Notes under the pieces: generated by a model
Database searches by the model: none
Told to the model about the DNA's origin: nothing
Seen by the model: the letters and a program-made list of their open reading frames with translations, nothing else
Position numbers and translations under genes: made by a program
Assembly: GCA_051382335.1 (NCBI GenBank)
Contig: JBBCAX010000095.1
Span: forward strand, 1-45,858
Length of the DNA stretch: 45,858 nucleotides
Source of the DNA: Deltaproteobacteria bacterium TL4
GTDB lineage: Bacteria > SAR324 > NAC60-12
Direction of reading: 5' to 3'
In this document: piece by piece, positions 20,637 through 30,659 of the stretch
Position numbering within the stretch: position 1 is the stretch's first letter
How the letters are laid out: every line of letters begins with the position of its first letter

Positions 20637-20812
20637 GAACTCTTCCGCATTTTATAAGTTGGATAAGGCTATTTGAAACGCCTTCTTTCGACGGGCTTCC
20701 TGTGGCAGGACGGTGCGTGAGTTTGGCTAGTGTGACGCTGTGGACAGGTTTTTTTCAATAAGAAACAAACCACGGAAGACTAGCCATGTTCTCTCAAAAT
20801 TTATAAAATCTC

Positions 20813-21829
20813 TCAATCCAAAGAGACTTGTCTTGAAAATTGAACAGCCAGGTTGAGATATTCCGCTGCGACATGCCCCAGTTTTGCTCGTTCTTCCTCA
20901 TTTTCGGTGAGTTGCTCACACGCCTTGACTCCTTGTTTCAAGGCGATGTAGGTTTGGTACACAGGTAATATTTTCAACAATTCACGGTCTTTTGACGCGG
21001 TAATATAACGTTTAACAAAAATTTCCTGGAGATCTTCTTTTTTCAAGCGGGCAAGTTCAACCGTCAGTGTCGCGACATCATCCGCAACATCAAGAATGCA
21101 TTGTTTGCGTTGTGTCTCTTGAGGGCTGATACAATAGACATCCTGACTTTTGACATAGATGTGGTCCGGTGAAAAGGCGCCATGAGTGTGAACGATGCGG
21201 TTCTTTTTGATACGACGGGAAAAGAGCCGACGTTTTTCGGTCACCATTTTGTCTATCGGATGCCGGATCATTTCCACCAAGGGTTGAGACATGGACGCAT
21301 CCAGATAACTTTTGAGTTGATAGAGTTTTTGATCAAATAAAGTATGAAAATGATCCGGTCGCCCGGCGTTAATGGCCTCTTTATCCTCAGCGATCTGAAG
21401 TTCGTGAAAGGCGGCAAGTTTCTTGGCGATTCGCCCAATGCTGGTAGGGTTGGCCTTCTGGGTTTCCAGTAAAAAGGCTAAGAAATTTCGCTCATTAAGG
21501 TCTTGCATTTTAAGGGCGTAGGTCACAACCTTCCCTGTTCCTCCGAGTGTATAGGTGGTGTCTTCTACGGTTATTGGAATGACATCCAGGTAGAGATCCT
21601 CATTAAGTCGTTTCCCTATTCGATACTCTTCCCGACAATACGCTTCTTTTACAGCCGTACTCTCGGATTCCTGAGTGTTCTTTTTAATTTTGTAAACTGT
21701 GACTCCCGTTTTGTAGAAATACGAAGAGTAGGTTTCAACAAACTTTATCTTATGGGTGGCTTCAGGATATAACTCTTGTACGCTCAGAGCCGAATGAAAT
21801 GGAGGATACTGGCGTTTAGTTTTGGACAT
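20813..21829 (-). CDS. Aminoglycoside-phosphotransferase/kinase-like fold protein (COG2187-like), probably catalytically degenerate
   Basis: ETYSS..VYKIKK..C.EE..LN..LYLDV and DVADDVATL match the family pattern; HGAFSPDHI stands where HGDLHLxNI is expected. Confidence 0.75.
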   Translation of the reverse strand: MSKTKRQYPPFHSALSVQELYPEATHKIKFVETYSSYFYKTGVTVYKIKKNTQESESTAVKEAYCREEYRIGKRLNEDLYLDVIPITVEDTTYTLGGTGKVVTYALKMQDLNERNFLAFLLETQKANPTSIGRIAKKLAAFHELQIAEDKEAINAGRPDHFHTLFDQKLYQLKSYLDASMSQPLVEMIRHPIDKMVTEKRRLFSRRIKKNRIVHTHGAFSPDHIYVKSQDVYCISPQETQRKQCILDVADDVATLTVELARLKKEDLQEIFVKRYITASKDRELLKILPVYQTYIALKQGVKACEQLTENEEERAKLGHVAAEYLNLAVQFSRQVSLD

Positions 21830-22246
21830 AATTTTCTCTCATCTGAGTTAACACACAGTTAGGGCATGAAGTTCAGGGCCTCAAGAAATTTTCTGAAATT
21901 CAATGGTTTTTTTCTTTTATTTTCTGAGTTTAAAAGTCTCAGGATGGTAAAAATATGACACTGCCGAATGTCTTTGTGAAAAGAAATGGAATGGTGACAG
22001 CACGTCTTTTAGAGGACTAAATATGGCACAGGAATAAAAAAACGCAAAACATTTGTGTAAGGGAATGTTATAAAAGTTGATTCTGACTCAAAAAAGGACT
22101 CAAGGGGGGAGGCTTCAACGAAAAAAAAGGGGTAAATGTTAATAAGTATCTTTCTTCTTGGGGAATTTAAGATAAGCTGTTATCTACTTTCATAGCTCAT
22201 GGGCTTGGCGTTTTCATGAAATTTACTCATCAAAAAAGGAGAAAAT

Positions 22247-23551
22247 ATGGGGCATAGGGTTAACCCTGATCGGGAATATCGTTTATTACAGCAACGGTTA
22301 GATCGTAACATGACAGGAGCACCGGAAACTCCTGCGTTTATGAAGATCTTAAAAATTTTATTTTCTCCTGAGGATGCCACGTTTGCTCTTAAAATCCCGG
22401 GAAGTCCCACCTCGGTCCGGAAACTTTCCCAAAAACTCAACATTCCGTTGAATGAACTCAATGACAAAATAACGGATATGGCAAGGCGAGGCGTGGTGAT
22501 TGATATGTTTTATGAAAATGAACGATATTGCTTGCTTCCGCCCGTTGTGATTGGATTTTTTGAATTCACCTATATGCGCACCCGGGAAGATGTTCCAATG
22601 AAAGAACTCTCAAAATTATTTGATGAGTATATGAATGGAGATGATCGATTTTGTGAGGCTGTTTTTCAGAAGCAAACCCAGCTAGGTCGTGCCTTAGTTC
22701 GTGAAGAAGCTCTGTTGGCAGAGGACTATACTGAAATTCTCGATTGGGAACGTGCGTCTCATGCTGTCCAAACCGCGTCAACCATTGGGGTGTCTCTGTG
22801 CTCCTGCCGACATAAATCCAGCCATTTGGGAAAAGCCTGTGATCGGCCTCAAGAAAATTGTCTGAGCATGAATAATAGTGCGGAATACCTGATTCGTAAT
22901 GGTCTGGCAAAACCGGTCTCCACAAAACGGGCGATGGAGATTCTGGAACTAAGTAAGGAGAATGGGTTGATGCAGACCGGGGATAATGTTCAGAGGAATG
23001 TGTCTTATATTTGCAACTGTTGTAGTTGTTGTTGTGGTATGCTGCAAGCCATTCGGCGTTTTGATCGGCGTAATGCCATCGTCTCTTCCAATTGGATTAT
23101 GAAAGTGGATCTGGATCAATGCAATGGCTGTGGTAAATGTACGGCTACCTGTCCTGTGGACGCCATCAGTATGAATAAAATGGTTCATCATGGCAAAAAA
23201 CGTCAAAAAGCGGTGTGTGACGAAGGGCTTTGTCTGGGATGTGGTGTTTGTCATGCTTCTTGCCAATATAATGGAATTTCCATGAAATCCCGAGACCAAA
23301 GGGTCTACACTCCTGAGACCGTTTTTGAAAGAATTGCGATGATGGCTATCGAACGTGGAAAACTTGCCGATTTGATTTTTGAAAACCCGGAGCATTTAAG
23401 CTATCGTTTTTTTGGCAAAGTAATCCATGCCCTGGAACAGTCCTCCCCCTTTAAATCCGCAATGGCGATAGAGTCTCTCCGCTCTGTCTTCCTCAACATG
23501 ATTGTCAACGGTGCAAAGAGGAAGCTTGGCGAAATGAACACGATTCTTTAA
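22247..23551 (+). CDS. 4Fe-4S dicluster-domain protein with additional Cys-rich motifs
   Basis: CSCR..C..C, ICNCCSCCC, CNGCGKCTATCP, CLGCGVCHASC. Confidence 0.9.
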   Translation: MGHRVNPDREYRLLQQRLDRNMTGAPETPAFMKILKILFSPEDATFALKIPGSPTSVRKLSQKLNIPLNELNDKITDMARRGVVIDMFYENERYCLLPPVVIGFFEFTYMRTREDVPMKELSKLFDEYMNGDDRFCEAVFQKQTQLGRALVREEALLAEDYTEILDWERASHAVQTASTIGVSLCSCRHKSSHLGKACDRPQENCLSMNNSAEYLIRNGLAKPVSTKRAMEILELSKENGLMQTGDNVQRNVSYICNCCSCCCGMLQAIRRFDRRNAIVSSNWIMKVDLDQCNGCGKCTATCPVDAISMNKMVHHGKKRQKAVCDEGLCLGCGVCHASCQYNGISMKSRDQRVYTPETVFERIAMMAIERGKLADLIFENPEHLSYRFFGKVIHALEQSSPFKSAMAIESLRSVFLNMIVNGAKRKLGEMNTIL

Positions 23552-23758
23552 GAATGGATGTTGCGCTCAATTTCAGTCAATGGGCGCAGACAGACGGTAG
23601 TGCGGTGTCAACGCCCAATAAGATTGAACCAGTCTCGGTGTTATTTTGTTATTTTTATGAAAAAAATATAAAAAACAGTGAGACCCCAAAAAATATGAAT
23701 AAATCGGCAACTATGGCTGTGTTTTACTAACTGAAATCTTTATGATTTTACAAAAGAA

Positions 23759-23843
23759 TGGTGCCGAGAAAGGGATTCGAACCCTTACGGGCAAGCCCAC
23801 TACCCCCTCAAGATAGCGTGTATACCAATTTCACCACCTCGGC
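23759..23843 (-). tRNA. tRNA-Leu (anticodon GAG)
   Basis: GCCGAGG acceptor stem, CTATC-TTGAGGG-GGTAG anticodon arm, long variable arm, GGTTCGAATCC T-loop, encoded CCA. Confidence 0.97.
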
Positions 23844-23925
23844 ATTTTACAGGAGGATTGTTAGATAATGAATATCCGTTAGAATTTCAAGCTATTTTTA
23901 CATGAATGACAAATCCTCTGTGCTT

Positions 23926-24993
23926 TTAGGTAATTCGTTGAATGGTTAAGAACTGAATCAACTCTTCCATTAGGCCCCGCACGGGATGATCCGGCAAATT
24001 GGATAAACATTGTTGTGCGTATTTTGCCTGTTGCGCACAGTAATCCGTTACGGCGTCAATGGCCCCACAGGTTTCTGCCTGACGAATACTCCACTCAATC
24101 TCTTCTTCCGTCGTTTCTTCTCGTGACTTCATCAAAATACGATGAAGTTTTTCTGCTTCCCGTTGGGAAAGCCGTTCGAACATTTCGATAGTGATCAGGG
24201 TTCGTTTTCCTTCCGCAATGTCGCCACCGCGCTCTTTCCCATAGCCGCCTGTATTTGCGGTGGGTGCTTCATCCGCGGTATCGGTGATCAGGTTTAACAC
24301 ATCGTCTCTCGCTTGAAATCCAATCCCGATGGCTTCGCCAAAACGTCCGATCCAATCCATTTGCTCTGACGTCGCGCCTCCAATCATCGCACCGCATTGA
24401 CAAGGGCCTTTGCCTGAGTACCAACCCGTTTTTCGAGTAATCATCATTTGATACTCATCCCTGGAAGGAAAGATATCGTAAGTCACCCAACCAATATCAA
24501 TCGCCTGTCCTTCAAAGGTATAACGCATCACATCACTAAAATGACGCATCACCTTGAAGGTCAAGGCTGCGCCCAGACGTTCTTCATTTGCGATTAACGT
24601 CTCAAACACAATACCTTGCAGACAATCCCCCGCATTCAGTGCGAGTGGAATGCCGACCAGACGATGTAAGGTTGGTTTTCCCCGACGGATTAAAGAACCG
24701 TCCTCAATATCATCATGAATTAAGGCAAAATTTTGAAAGAGTTCAAAGGCAATCGCAGAATTCAACGCGTCCTCAATTTTACCGCCAAAATACTCACACG
24801 CTAGCAAGACCAATGCGGAGCGAAACTTTTTTCCGCCACGGGCCGGATAATCCTGCATCAGATCATACAAGTATTTGCGAGGCTCTCTGAGGGGAATTTG
24901 TGCTTCCATTGTTTTTTGAATCAGGGCTCCGGCTTTTCGGAGGAACTCCGGTAAATTTTGACACTGAGAAGCTGAAAAGGGTTTGTTTTCCAT
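23926..24993 (-). CDS. Short-chain polyprenyl (probably geranylgeranyl) diphosphate synthase
   Basis: GGKKFR, FALIHDDIED first Asp-rich motif, RRG.PTLH, GQAID, KT, FQARDDVLN, GGDIAEGK. Confidence 0.93.
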   Translation of the reverse strand: MENKPFSASQCQNLPEFLRKAGALIQKTMEAQIPLREPRKYLYDLMQDYPARGGKKFRSALVLLACEYFGGKIEDALNSAIAFELFQNFALIHDDIEDGSLIRRGKPTLHRLVGIPLALNAGDCLQGIVFETLIANEERLGAALTFKVMRHFSDVMRYTFEGQAIDIGWVTYDIFPSRDEYQMMITRKTGWYSGKGPCQCGAMIGGATSEQMDWIGRFGEAIGIGFQARDDVLNLITDTADEAPTANTGGYGKERGGDIAEGKRTLITIEMFERLSQREAEKLHRILMKSREETTEEEIEWSIRQAETCGAIDAVTDYCAQQAKYAQQCLSNLPDHPVRGLMEELIQFLTIQRIT

Positions 24994-24996
24994 ACA

Positions 24997-26532
24997 CTAG
25001 CCTGAGATCGGAAGAGATTGTAAATGTTGAAGTTGTGGAATTTGAAAATTGTTTAGAATCCGCTCATTGGCTTCGTTCAAAAGCTGGTGAGGTACAATCA
25101 AATGACGTCGATTATGTCCTGGTAAAAAATGAATTTGGTGAAAACCATTTTTGGGCTGTTTGAAAGCTTCAAGCACATCTTCCAGGGCATCAATCTTTAC
25201 CTCATTAATTTGGGTCACAATCATATTTTGCAGATCCTGATAACCCATATTAATCGTATCCGGAAGAACCCGAGTCAGCAAAACCACATGGCGATCTTTG
25301 TTTTCTTTCAGCAAAGAATCGAGTTGTTGGAACAACCGTAGTCTTAAAGGCGCGCTTGAAGCCCACTTACTCCCCCATACCTGAAGATAATTCATACTGA
25401 GTTGTTGGAACAGGAATCCTCCTTGTAACACATATTGCGGTGCGGTGCTTACCGTTTCCAAAGGGACAAAGTATTTTTCAGCGGGAAAGCCTGACACTTC
25501 AACCTTCAAAATTTTTGGTTCTCCGTTACGAATAACATGGAAGTCAATGATCTCCCCATTTTGGTAGTGAAGCGCAAAAAGGTAATCGATCAGGATTTGT
25601 CCCCATTTGGGATGATTTAAAAATCCCTCATTGGAAAGATCCCATTCGCCGATGCGATACAAAAAATCTTTAGGCCGTAGAGCCTCTGAACCGGTACCAT
25701 AATGTGAGGGACTCGTCACTAAAATTCCCGGTAACATTGGATCGATTTTTAAGTAGGCGGAAACACTGGGTTGGGGAATAGGACTCCAAAGGAAACCTCT
25801 CCTCGCAAAACCTTTGTAGTTTTGGGTATGGGAAGACGTGACGAATTTCTGTAGCAGCGCGGAGGGAATCGCATCAAGGCCTCCCTGGCGGATTTGTAGC
25901 CCCATTCCAACCACTTTCCCCTGTTGAACCACCACATTCCCTGACGCTTCTTTTGCCTGGGAGGCCTCCACTCTTAGTACCGGTAAGGGCAACCTGCTGA
26001 CCGCACGATATCCCATTGATAATTTTTCCGCAACCCCCATAATCTGTTCCAGCTCATTCGGCCCTTTTCGTTGAACAACGGCCACTTCTCCAATCTCCAA
26101 ATCTCCCAGCATTAAAGGTTCCAGGTCTTTCCAAAACTCTGCTTGTTCGACTCGAATCAAGGCCAGGTTGATCTCATAATCCAGGGTAACCACTTCCGCT
26201 CTGAAGGGATAAGGGTGCGTTATTTTTTTTACCTCAATTAACGTGTTATTCGCGACAAGCTCTGCCGTCGTTAACAAGTAATGATTCTCCAATACGAGGG
26301 CCATTCCCTGACGTTTGCTAATCTCGGTTTTATTCCAAGGTGAGTACCAGTTGTAATCTTGTTGATAGGATCTCAAAAAGACTAAATGTCTGGCGTAATC
26401 AATGGTACGAACCGGGGTGGTTTCCGCATAAACCGGAGGACGGAGTATCGCGAGGCAGACGAAGCTCCAAACCCCAAAAATCCAGGAGCGGATGATTTGA
26501 TTCGACACAGTTAATGGCTTTACTTTTCTCAC
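24997..26532 (-). CDS. Deg/HtrA-like PDZ protein with degenerate protease triad
   Basis: Collinear with the upstream protease (YVLQGGFLFQQLSMNYL, VVLLTRVLPD..N.GY), but TTAELV, INLAL and EASGNVV replace the His, Asp and Ser motifs. Confidence 0.85.
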   Translation of the reverse strand: MRKVKPLTVSNQIIRSWIFGVWSFVCLAILRPPVYAETTPVRTIDYARHLVFLRSYQQDYNWYSPWNKTEISKRQGMALVLENHYLLTTAELVANNTLIEVKKITHPYPFRAEVVTLDYEINLALIRVEQAEFWKDLEPLMLGDLEIGEVAVVQRKGPNELEQIMGVAEKLSMGYRAVSRLPLPVLRVEASQAKEASGNVVVQQGKVVGMGLQIRQGGLDAIPSALLQKFVTSSHTQNYKGFARRGFLWSPIPQPSVSAYLKIDPMLPGILVTSPSHYGTGSEALRPKDFLYRIGEWDLSNEGFLNHPKWGQILIDYLFALHYQNGEIIDFHVIRNGEPKILKVEVSGFPAEKYFVPLETVSTAPQYVLQGGFLFQQLSMNYLQVWGSKWASSAPLRLRLFQQLDSLLKENKDRHVVLLTRVLPDTINMGYQDLQNMIVTQINEVKIDALEDVLEAFKQPKNGFHQIHFLPGHNRRHLIVPHQLLNEANERILNNFQIPQLQHLQSLPISG

Positions 26533-27992
26533 AAGCGCTCTCCCTTAACGATACCATATTGCTTTAATAGGATTTGATGCTGATCCATGGCGGCTTTTCT
26601 TTCCAAAATCACAGGTAGCGGATCCCACTGGCTTTCAAAAATATAAAATTCTTCGTTCTGCGGTTGCTCCAAAACTTCTTTAAGATGTGTTAAAGAGCGG
26701 ATGCTCACTCCATTAACACGCTCCACGACAAAGTTATTCAAAGAAGTATATCCAGAATTAACAGGTGCCGGCAAAACGCGTGTCAAGACGACGACTTGCT
26801 CCCGTTTTGTGTTGGGTTGCTCACTTTCACGATACCAGAGTTCATACAGCAGTTCAGGAGCGGAATTCCCAATAGAGTTCAAATAATCTCGACTCAAGGG
26901 CATAAAAACCATTCCTCCAAAAATCAAATAACGGGGAAGTTGGTCATAGCGATTGCGTAATTCCTCCGCAAAGGGCGGAGCTTTCAAGGGGAAACTGAGT
27001 TCATGGAACTGTTGCTGTCTCCAGATCTTCATTTTTACCAGATCCCCGATTTGTTTATGTTCCACTGCGATGAAAAAAGAAACCTGATGTCCTTCATAAT
27101 CCACCAAGCCCGCGAAATCAACAGGTTGTCCTTCAATTTCAATGATCACATCCTCAGACTGCAAATAACCTTCTGCCGCGGAATGAGGTAAAACCGCGTC
27201 AATCAAAACCCCCTTTGTGCCTTTGGGAAGATTGAGAAATTGTTGCTGAGAAGGACTCAACAAGCTACTGGTCTGAATCCCAATTTCAGGAACGCCATCA
27301 TATTGTCCATCTATAATATCTTCAAAAAACCGTTGTATCAAAGGCACAGGAATAAAGTATCCCACATCATTCAATTCAGGATTTGATTGGAAGGCAAGGC
27401 CCACCACAAGGCCTTCTTGAATCACAGGTCCCCCACTGTTTCCAGGATTGATGGCAGAGTCAGTTTGCACTAATAAATGGGAGTCAATACCAGGGTGGAC
27501 ATAGGTTCCAAATTCGATACGAGATACAACGCCTTCAGTTCTAGAAATCTTTTGCCCCCCTACGGGAAAGCCATAAGTCCGAACATGACTGAGTAAATCT
27601 GGAATTTTTCCAAATTTAAGCGCCTGCATGCCTTCATAAAATTCAGAATTGCGGACTTTGAGCAGTGCAAGATCGGAGTCATGCGCAATCGCGACAACAT
27701 CGGCGACAAAAGGTTCTGGTGTTGAAATTTTATTGACTAACAGCAGTTTTGAATCACTGACCACATGGGCATTGGTCAAAATCCATTGGTTTTGAATGAG
27801 AAAACCGCTTCCGGTTCCAGTGGTTGTGGTGTTCATCATCCAGGGTGCATGCCAATTGGGGGTTTGCTGGTAATTGATAATTCGAACAACCGCTTGTTCC
27901 ACTTCATTCGGACTCGCTTGAAGAGCGCATGAAAAGACCAACAGCATGAGCGTGAGGAGGAATGGTTTAAAATCTATTTTTTTTTCAGACAT
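26529..27992 (-). CDS. Trypsin-like Deg/HtrA serine protease with PDZ domains (Deg2-like)
   Basis: GTGSGF, LTNAHVV, DSDLALL, DSAINPGNSGGP; signal peptide. Confidence 0.96.
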   Translation of the reverse strand: MSEKKIDFKPFLLTLMLLVFSCALQASPNEVEQAVVRIINYQQTPNWHAPWMMNTTTTGTGSGFLIQNQWILTNAHVVSDSKLLLVNKISTPEPFVADVVAIAHDSDLALLKVRNSEFYEGMQALKFGKIPDLLSHVRTYGFPVGGQKISRTEGVVSRIEFGTYVHPGIDSHLLVQTDSAINPGNSGGPVIQEGLVVGLAFQSNPELNDVGYFIPVPLIQRFFEDIIDGQYDGVPEIGIQTSSLLSPSQQQFLNLPKGTKGVLIDAVLPHSAAEGYLQSEDVIIEIEGQPVDFAGLVDYEGHQVSFFIAVEHKQIGDLVKMKIWRQQQFHELSFPLKAPPFAEELRNRYDQLPRYLIFGGMVFMPLSRDYLNSIGNSAPELLYELWYRESEQPNTKREQVVVLTRVLPAPVNSGYTSLNNFVVERVNGVSIRSLTHLKEVLEQPQNEEFYIFESQWDPLPVILERKAAMDQHQILLKQYGIVKGERL

Positions 27993-28013
27993 AGTGCTAA
28001 AGAGGATAATGAG

Positions 28014-28116
28014 ATAGTTGTCAAGATAAGTTCCTGCTGGGAGTGCAGGCGTCCCGCCTACTTTTGCGGGCAGGAGGCCCGCGTTCCCAGGACAAAACTT
28101 TTCTGGAAAAGTCTAT
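28014..28116. mobile_element. MITE-like element, shell family E, with a CTGGGAG-type hairpin doublet
   Basis: ATAGTTGTCAAGATAAGTT / AACTTTTCTGGAAAAGTCTAT ends; reverse-complement homologue at 44881-44982. Confidence 0.75.
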
Positions 28117-28148
28117 TTCGGCTTAAACAGACAGCCCACACGGATAAG

Positions 28149-28958
28149 TTATGCCAAAAAAACCAGGATGCACGTTCCCAGGATGATCCGATAAATGACA
28201 AACGCCAAGGTTCCAAAGCGTTTCAGGAACGCCAATAAAAGACCAATGGTCAGGTATCCGCTCACAAATGCAGTGGTAATGCCAATGCAGATGTTCCAGA
28301 CTCCCTCTCCACCCAAACCATGCTTCACCAAAGCCAGGAGTTCAAACAAACCGCTTCCGGCAATGGCGGGTAGGCCGAGTAAAAAGGAAAAACGTGCCGC
28401 ATGTTCCCGATTTAAACCCACCAGAAATCCACCCATAAGCGTGGAGCCAGAGCGGGAACACCCTGGGATCAAGGCGAGTGCCTGGCAAAGTCCGATAACC
28501 TGAATCCGTTTGATATCCAGTTCATCGGTAGTGAGCCGCTGTACTGAAAATTTTTCTGCAAGGTAGAGCAAAATCCCAAGGACGATTAAACTGGTACCAA
28601 CCAGGTGTAGTCCCCGTGCTTCATTTTCAATAAAATCTTTAAAAGACAACCCCAAGACCACCACGGGGATAGTCCCCAAAGCAATAGCCCATGCCAGTTT
28701 GGAGTCATTGGACATTAACAGATTACGTTTCAGGAGACTTTGAATTGCCGCAACAATCAGGTCCAGGACTTCTTCGCGAAAATAAAGAATGACCGCAACC
28801 AAGGTGCCTAATTGAATTACAGCAGAAAAAGCCGTCCCGGGGTCCTCCCACCCTGCCAGGAGGGGAATAATGCGTAAGTGCGCCGTACTGCTAATGGGTA
28901 AAAATTCGGTTAATCCCTGTACCAGTCCTAAGATTGCGGCTTGAAACCATGTCATCAT
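28149..28958 (-). CDS. uppP: Undecaprenyl-diphosphate phosphatase
   Basis: LGLVQGLTEFLPISSTAH, QLGTLVAV, PGCSRSGST, AARFSFLL. Confidence 0.98.
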   Translation of the reverse strand: MMTWFQAAILGLVQGLTEFLPISSTAHLRIIPLLAGWEDPGTAFSAVIQLGTLVAVILYFREEVLDLIVAAIQSLLKRNLLMSNDSKLAWAIALGTIPVVVLGLSFKDFIENEARGLHLVGTSLIVLGILLYLAEKFSVQRLTTDELDIKRIQVIGLCQALALIPGCSRSGSTLMGGFLVGLNREHAARFSFLLGLPAIAGSGLFELLALVKHGLGGEGVWNICIGITTAFVSGYLTIGLLLAFLKRFGTLAFVIYRIILGTCILVFLA

Positions 28959-29236
28959 GATTGAGGTCCATGAAGTTGTGTTCGTATCATTTCAATATTC
29001 GGAAATTTTTTTATGCTGAATATTGGTAAGTCCTAAACAATAAAAGAGGATTCAGCGTCTTGATGGGGTATCACCATTGAATTTGAGGCCTTTAATCCGG
29101 GACAATAACGATCTTTAAAGGAAGGTTCAAGCTTATCCAAAACAAACGGTAATATTCTATTTCCAAAGTGAAGGGAACCCGTGCCGAAAACATTTCAAGG
29201 ATAGGCAAGATGCCTCAGCGCACCTTGCCCTAACGG

Positions 29237-29521
29237 CTACTTGCCGTAATCGGGATGGCTTCGGATATGGGCCTCTCCTAGCAAATGTTCACGGTGTTGT
29301 CTTAAATATTTTTTTCTGAATTTCTTGAAATGCGACTTTGATTGCTTTTGGGCGTGTACGGTGGCTTCTTTTTCGGGCATTCCCAAATTCACTAAATCTT
29401 CACGATAAACTGCCTCTAAATTCTTCTGAAATTTTTTAAACTCGTTTATAAAAAATTCTTCGGCTTGTTGTAGTTTTAAACTGAAAATATTTTTGGGTGC
29501 GTCTTCAGACATTTTTTCCAT
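29237..29521 (-). CDS. Hypothetical protein (94 aa, charged, helical)
   Basis: Isolated ORF with AAAGG upstream; no recognised motif. Confidence 0.6.
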   Translation of the reverse strand: MEKMSEDAPKNIFSLKLQQAEEFFINEFKKFQKNLEAVYREDLVNLGMPEKEATVHAQKQSKSHFKKFRKKYLRQHREHLLGEAHIRSHPDYGK

Positions 29522-29790
29522 GAGGGCCTTTCTTTAGTTAAGAGGGTTGATTTTCATGGTTTGTTGGTATTTTTCCCAAGGGGGTCCACTGACTCCAGTT
29601 CAAGTATAAGTTATTAGCATCATAGTTGCCATAAATTTCCGCAGTTTTTTCATGTGTCTTAGGATCTCATCGTTCGCCGCTAACATTTTTATAATTTGAT
29701 TTTGTAGTGGAAGAGAGCCATAATTACGTCCAGTAACTTATTTTTAAAAATGAATAAAACGTGGTTAAAAATTGGAGCAACGGAGGTATT

Positions 29791-30654
29791 ATGACGAAGC
29801 AAATTTTAGTTCCATTGGATAAAAGTGGGATTGTGGATGAAGTCGTAACTGTAGCCGATACCTGGGGACAACATTTGAACGCTCAACTGCATTTTTTACA
29901 TATAGGCTTTAGTTCAGATTATAATGCGCAAGCACAAACCGAGCAGTTGGAATCGTTTGTCAAGCAGCGTAATATCAAGTCTCAATTTCAGGTTGATTAC
30001 CGGATTGGCATTTCCTATATGGAAATCATTGAGGTTGCCAAGCAGATTAAGCCCGAATTAATGGTGATGGGAGCTCATGAGCATACGATGTTGGAACGGT
30101 TGTTTTTAGGAAGTAATACGAAATATGTACTTCATCACAGTAAATGTCCCCTCTATATTTACAAACAGCATAAACAGGAATTTAATGACAAGCAGGTGAT
30201 TGTTCCTCTTGATTATACTGAAATTGGTGAACCCTTGATTAAAATTGCGGATAAGTGGGCACACAAAACAGGGGCTGTCTTAAATTTCATCCATGTTGAT
30301 GAAAATCCTGAGTATATTTATTATAACATGGAAAGTAGCTGGGATCAGGAGGCTCATGAGATGAGCGGTCGATTAGATGAAATAGAACGAGAAGCCGAAA
30401 TTTCTGACGAGGTTAAAATATTGAGCCGCTATGTTGAAGAACGTCATGTAATATCAGAATATAAGACTTTTCATAAAGTCGGAAAACCTTATATGAAGAT
30501 CCTGGAGTTGCAGCAGGAGTTGAATGCGGGTTTGATTATGTTGCCTTCCCATTCACATACGCTGATGGCAAGACTGTTTATGGGGAGCAATACCGATTAT
30601 CTATTACACAATGCGGTTTGCCCCATGTATGTCTACCAACAGGAGTCGGTTTAA
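29791..30654 (+). CDS. Universal stress protein, two USP domains
   Basis: ILVPLD...MVMGAH...FLGSNT..VLHHSKCP occurs twice; GGAGG before ATG 29791 (ORF track starts at 29761). Confidence 0.95.
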   Translation: MTKQILVPLDKSGIVDEVVTVADTWGQHLNAQLHFLHIGFSSDYNAQAQTEQLESFVKQRNIKSQFQVDYRIGISYMEIIEVAKQIKPELMVMGAHEHTMLERLFLGSNTKYVLHHSKCPLYIYKQHKQEFNDKQVIVPLDYTEIGEPLIKIADKWAHKTGAVLNFIHVDENPEYIYYNMESSWDQEAHEMSGRLDEIEREAEISDEVKILSRYVEERHVISEYKTFHKVGKPYMKILELQQELNAGLIMLPSHSHTLMARLFMGSNTDYLLHNAVCPMYVYQQESV

Positions 30655-30659
30655 GCACT

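Noticed and set aside
23565..23630. Structured ncRNA or riboswitch after the Fe-S gene
   Set aside because: Only an imperfect hairpin between convergent transcripts; no recognisable family motif
23552..23843. Integrative element at tRNA-Leu
   Set aside because: No integrase and no duplicated tRNA 3' end found in the window
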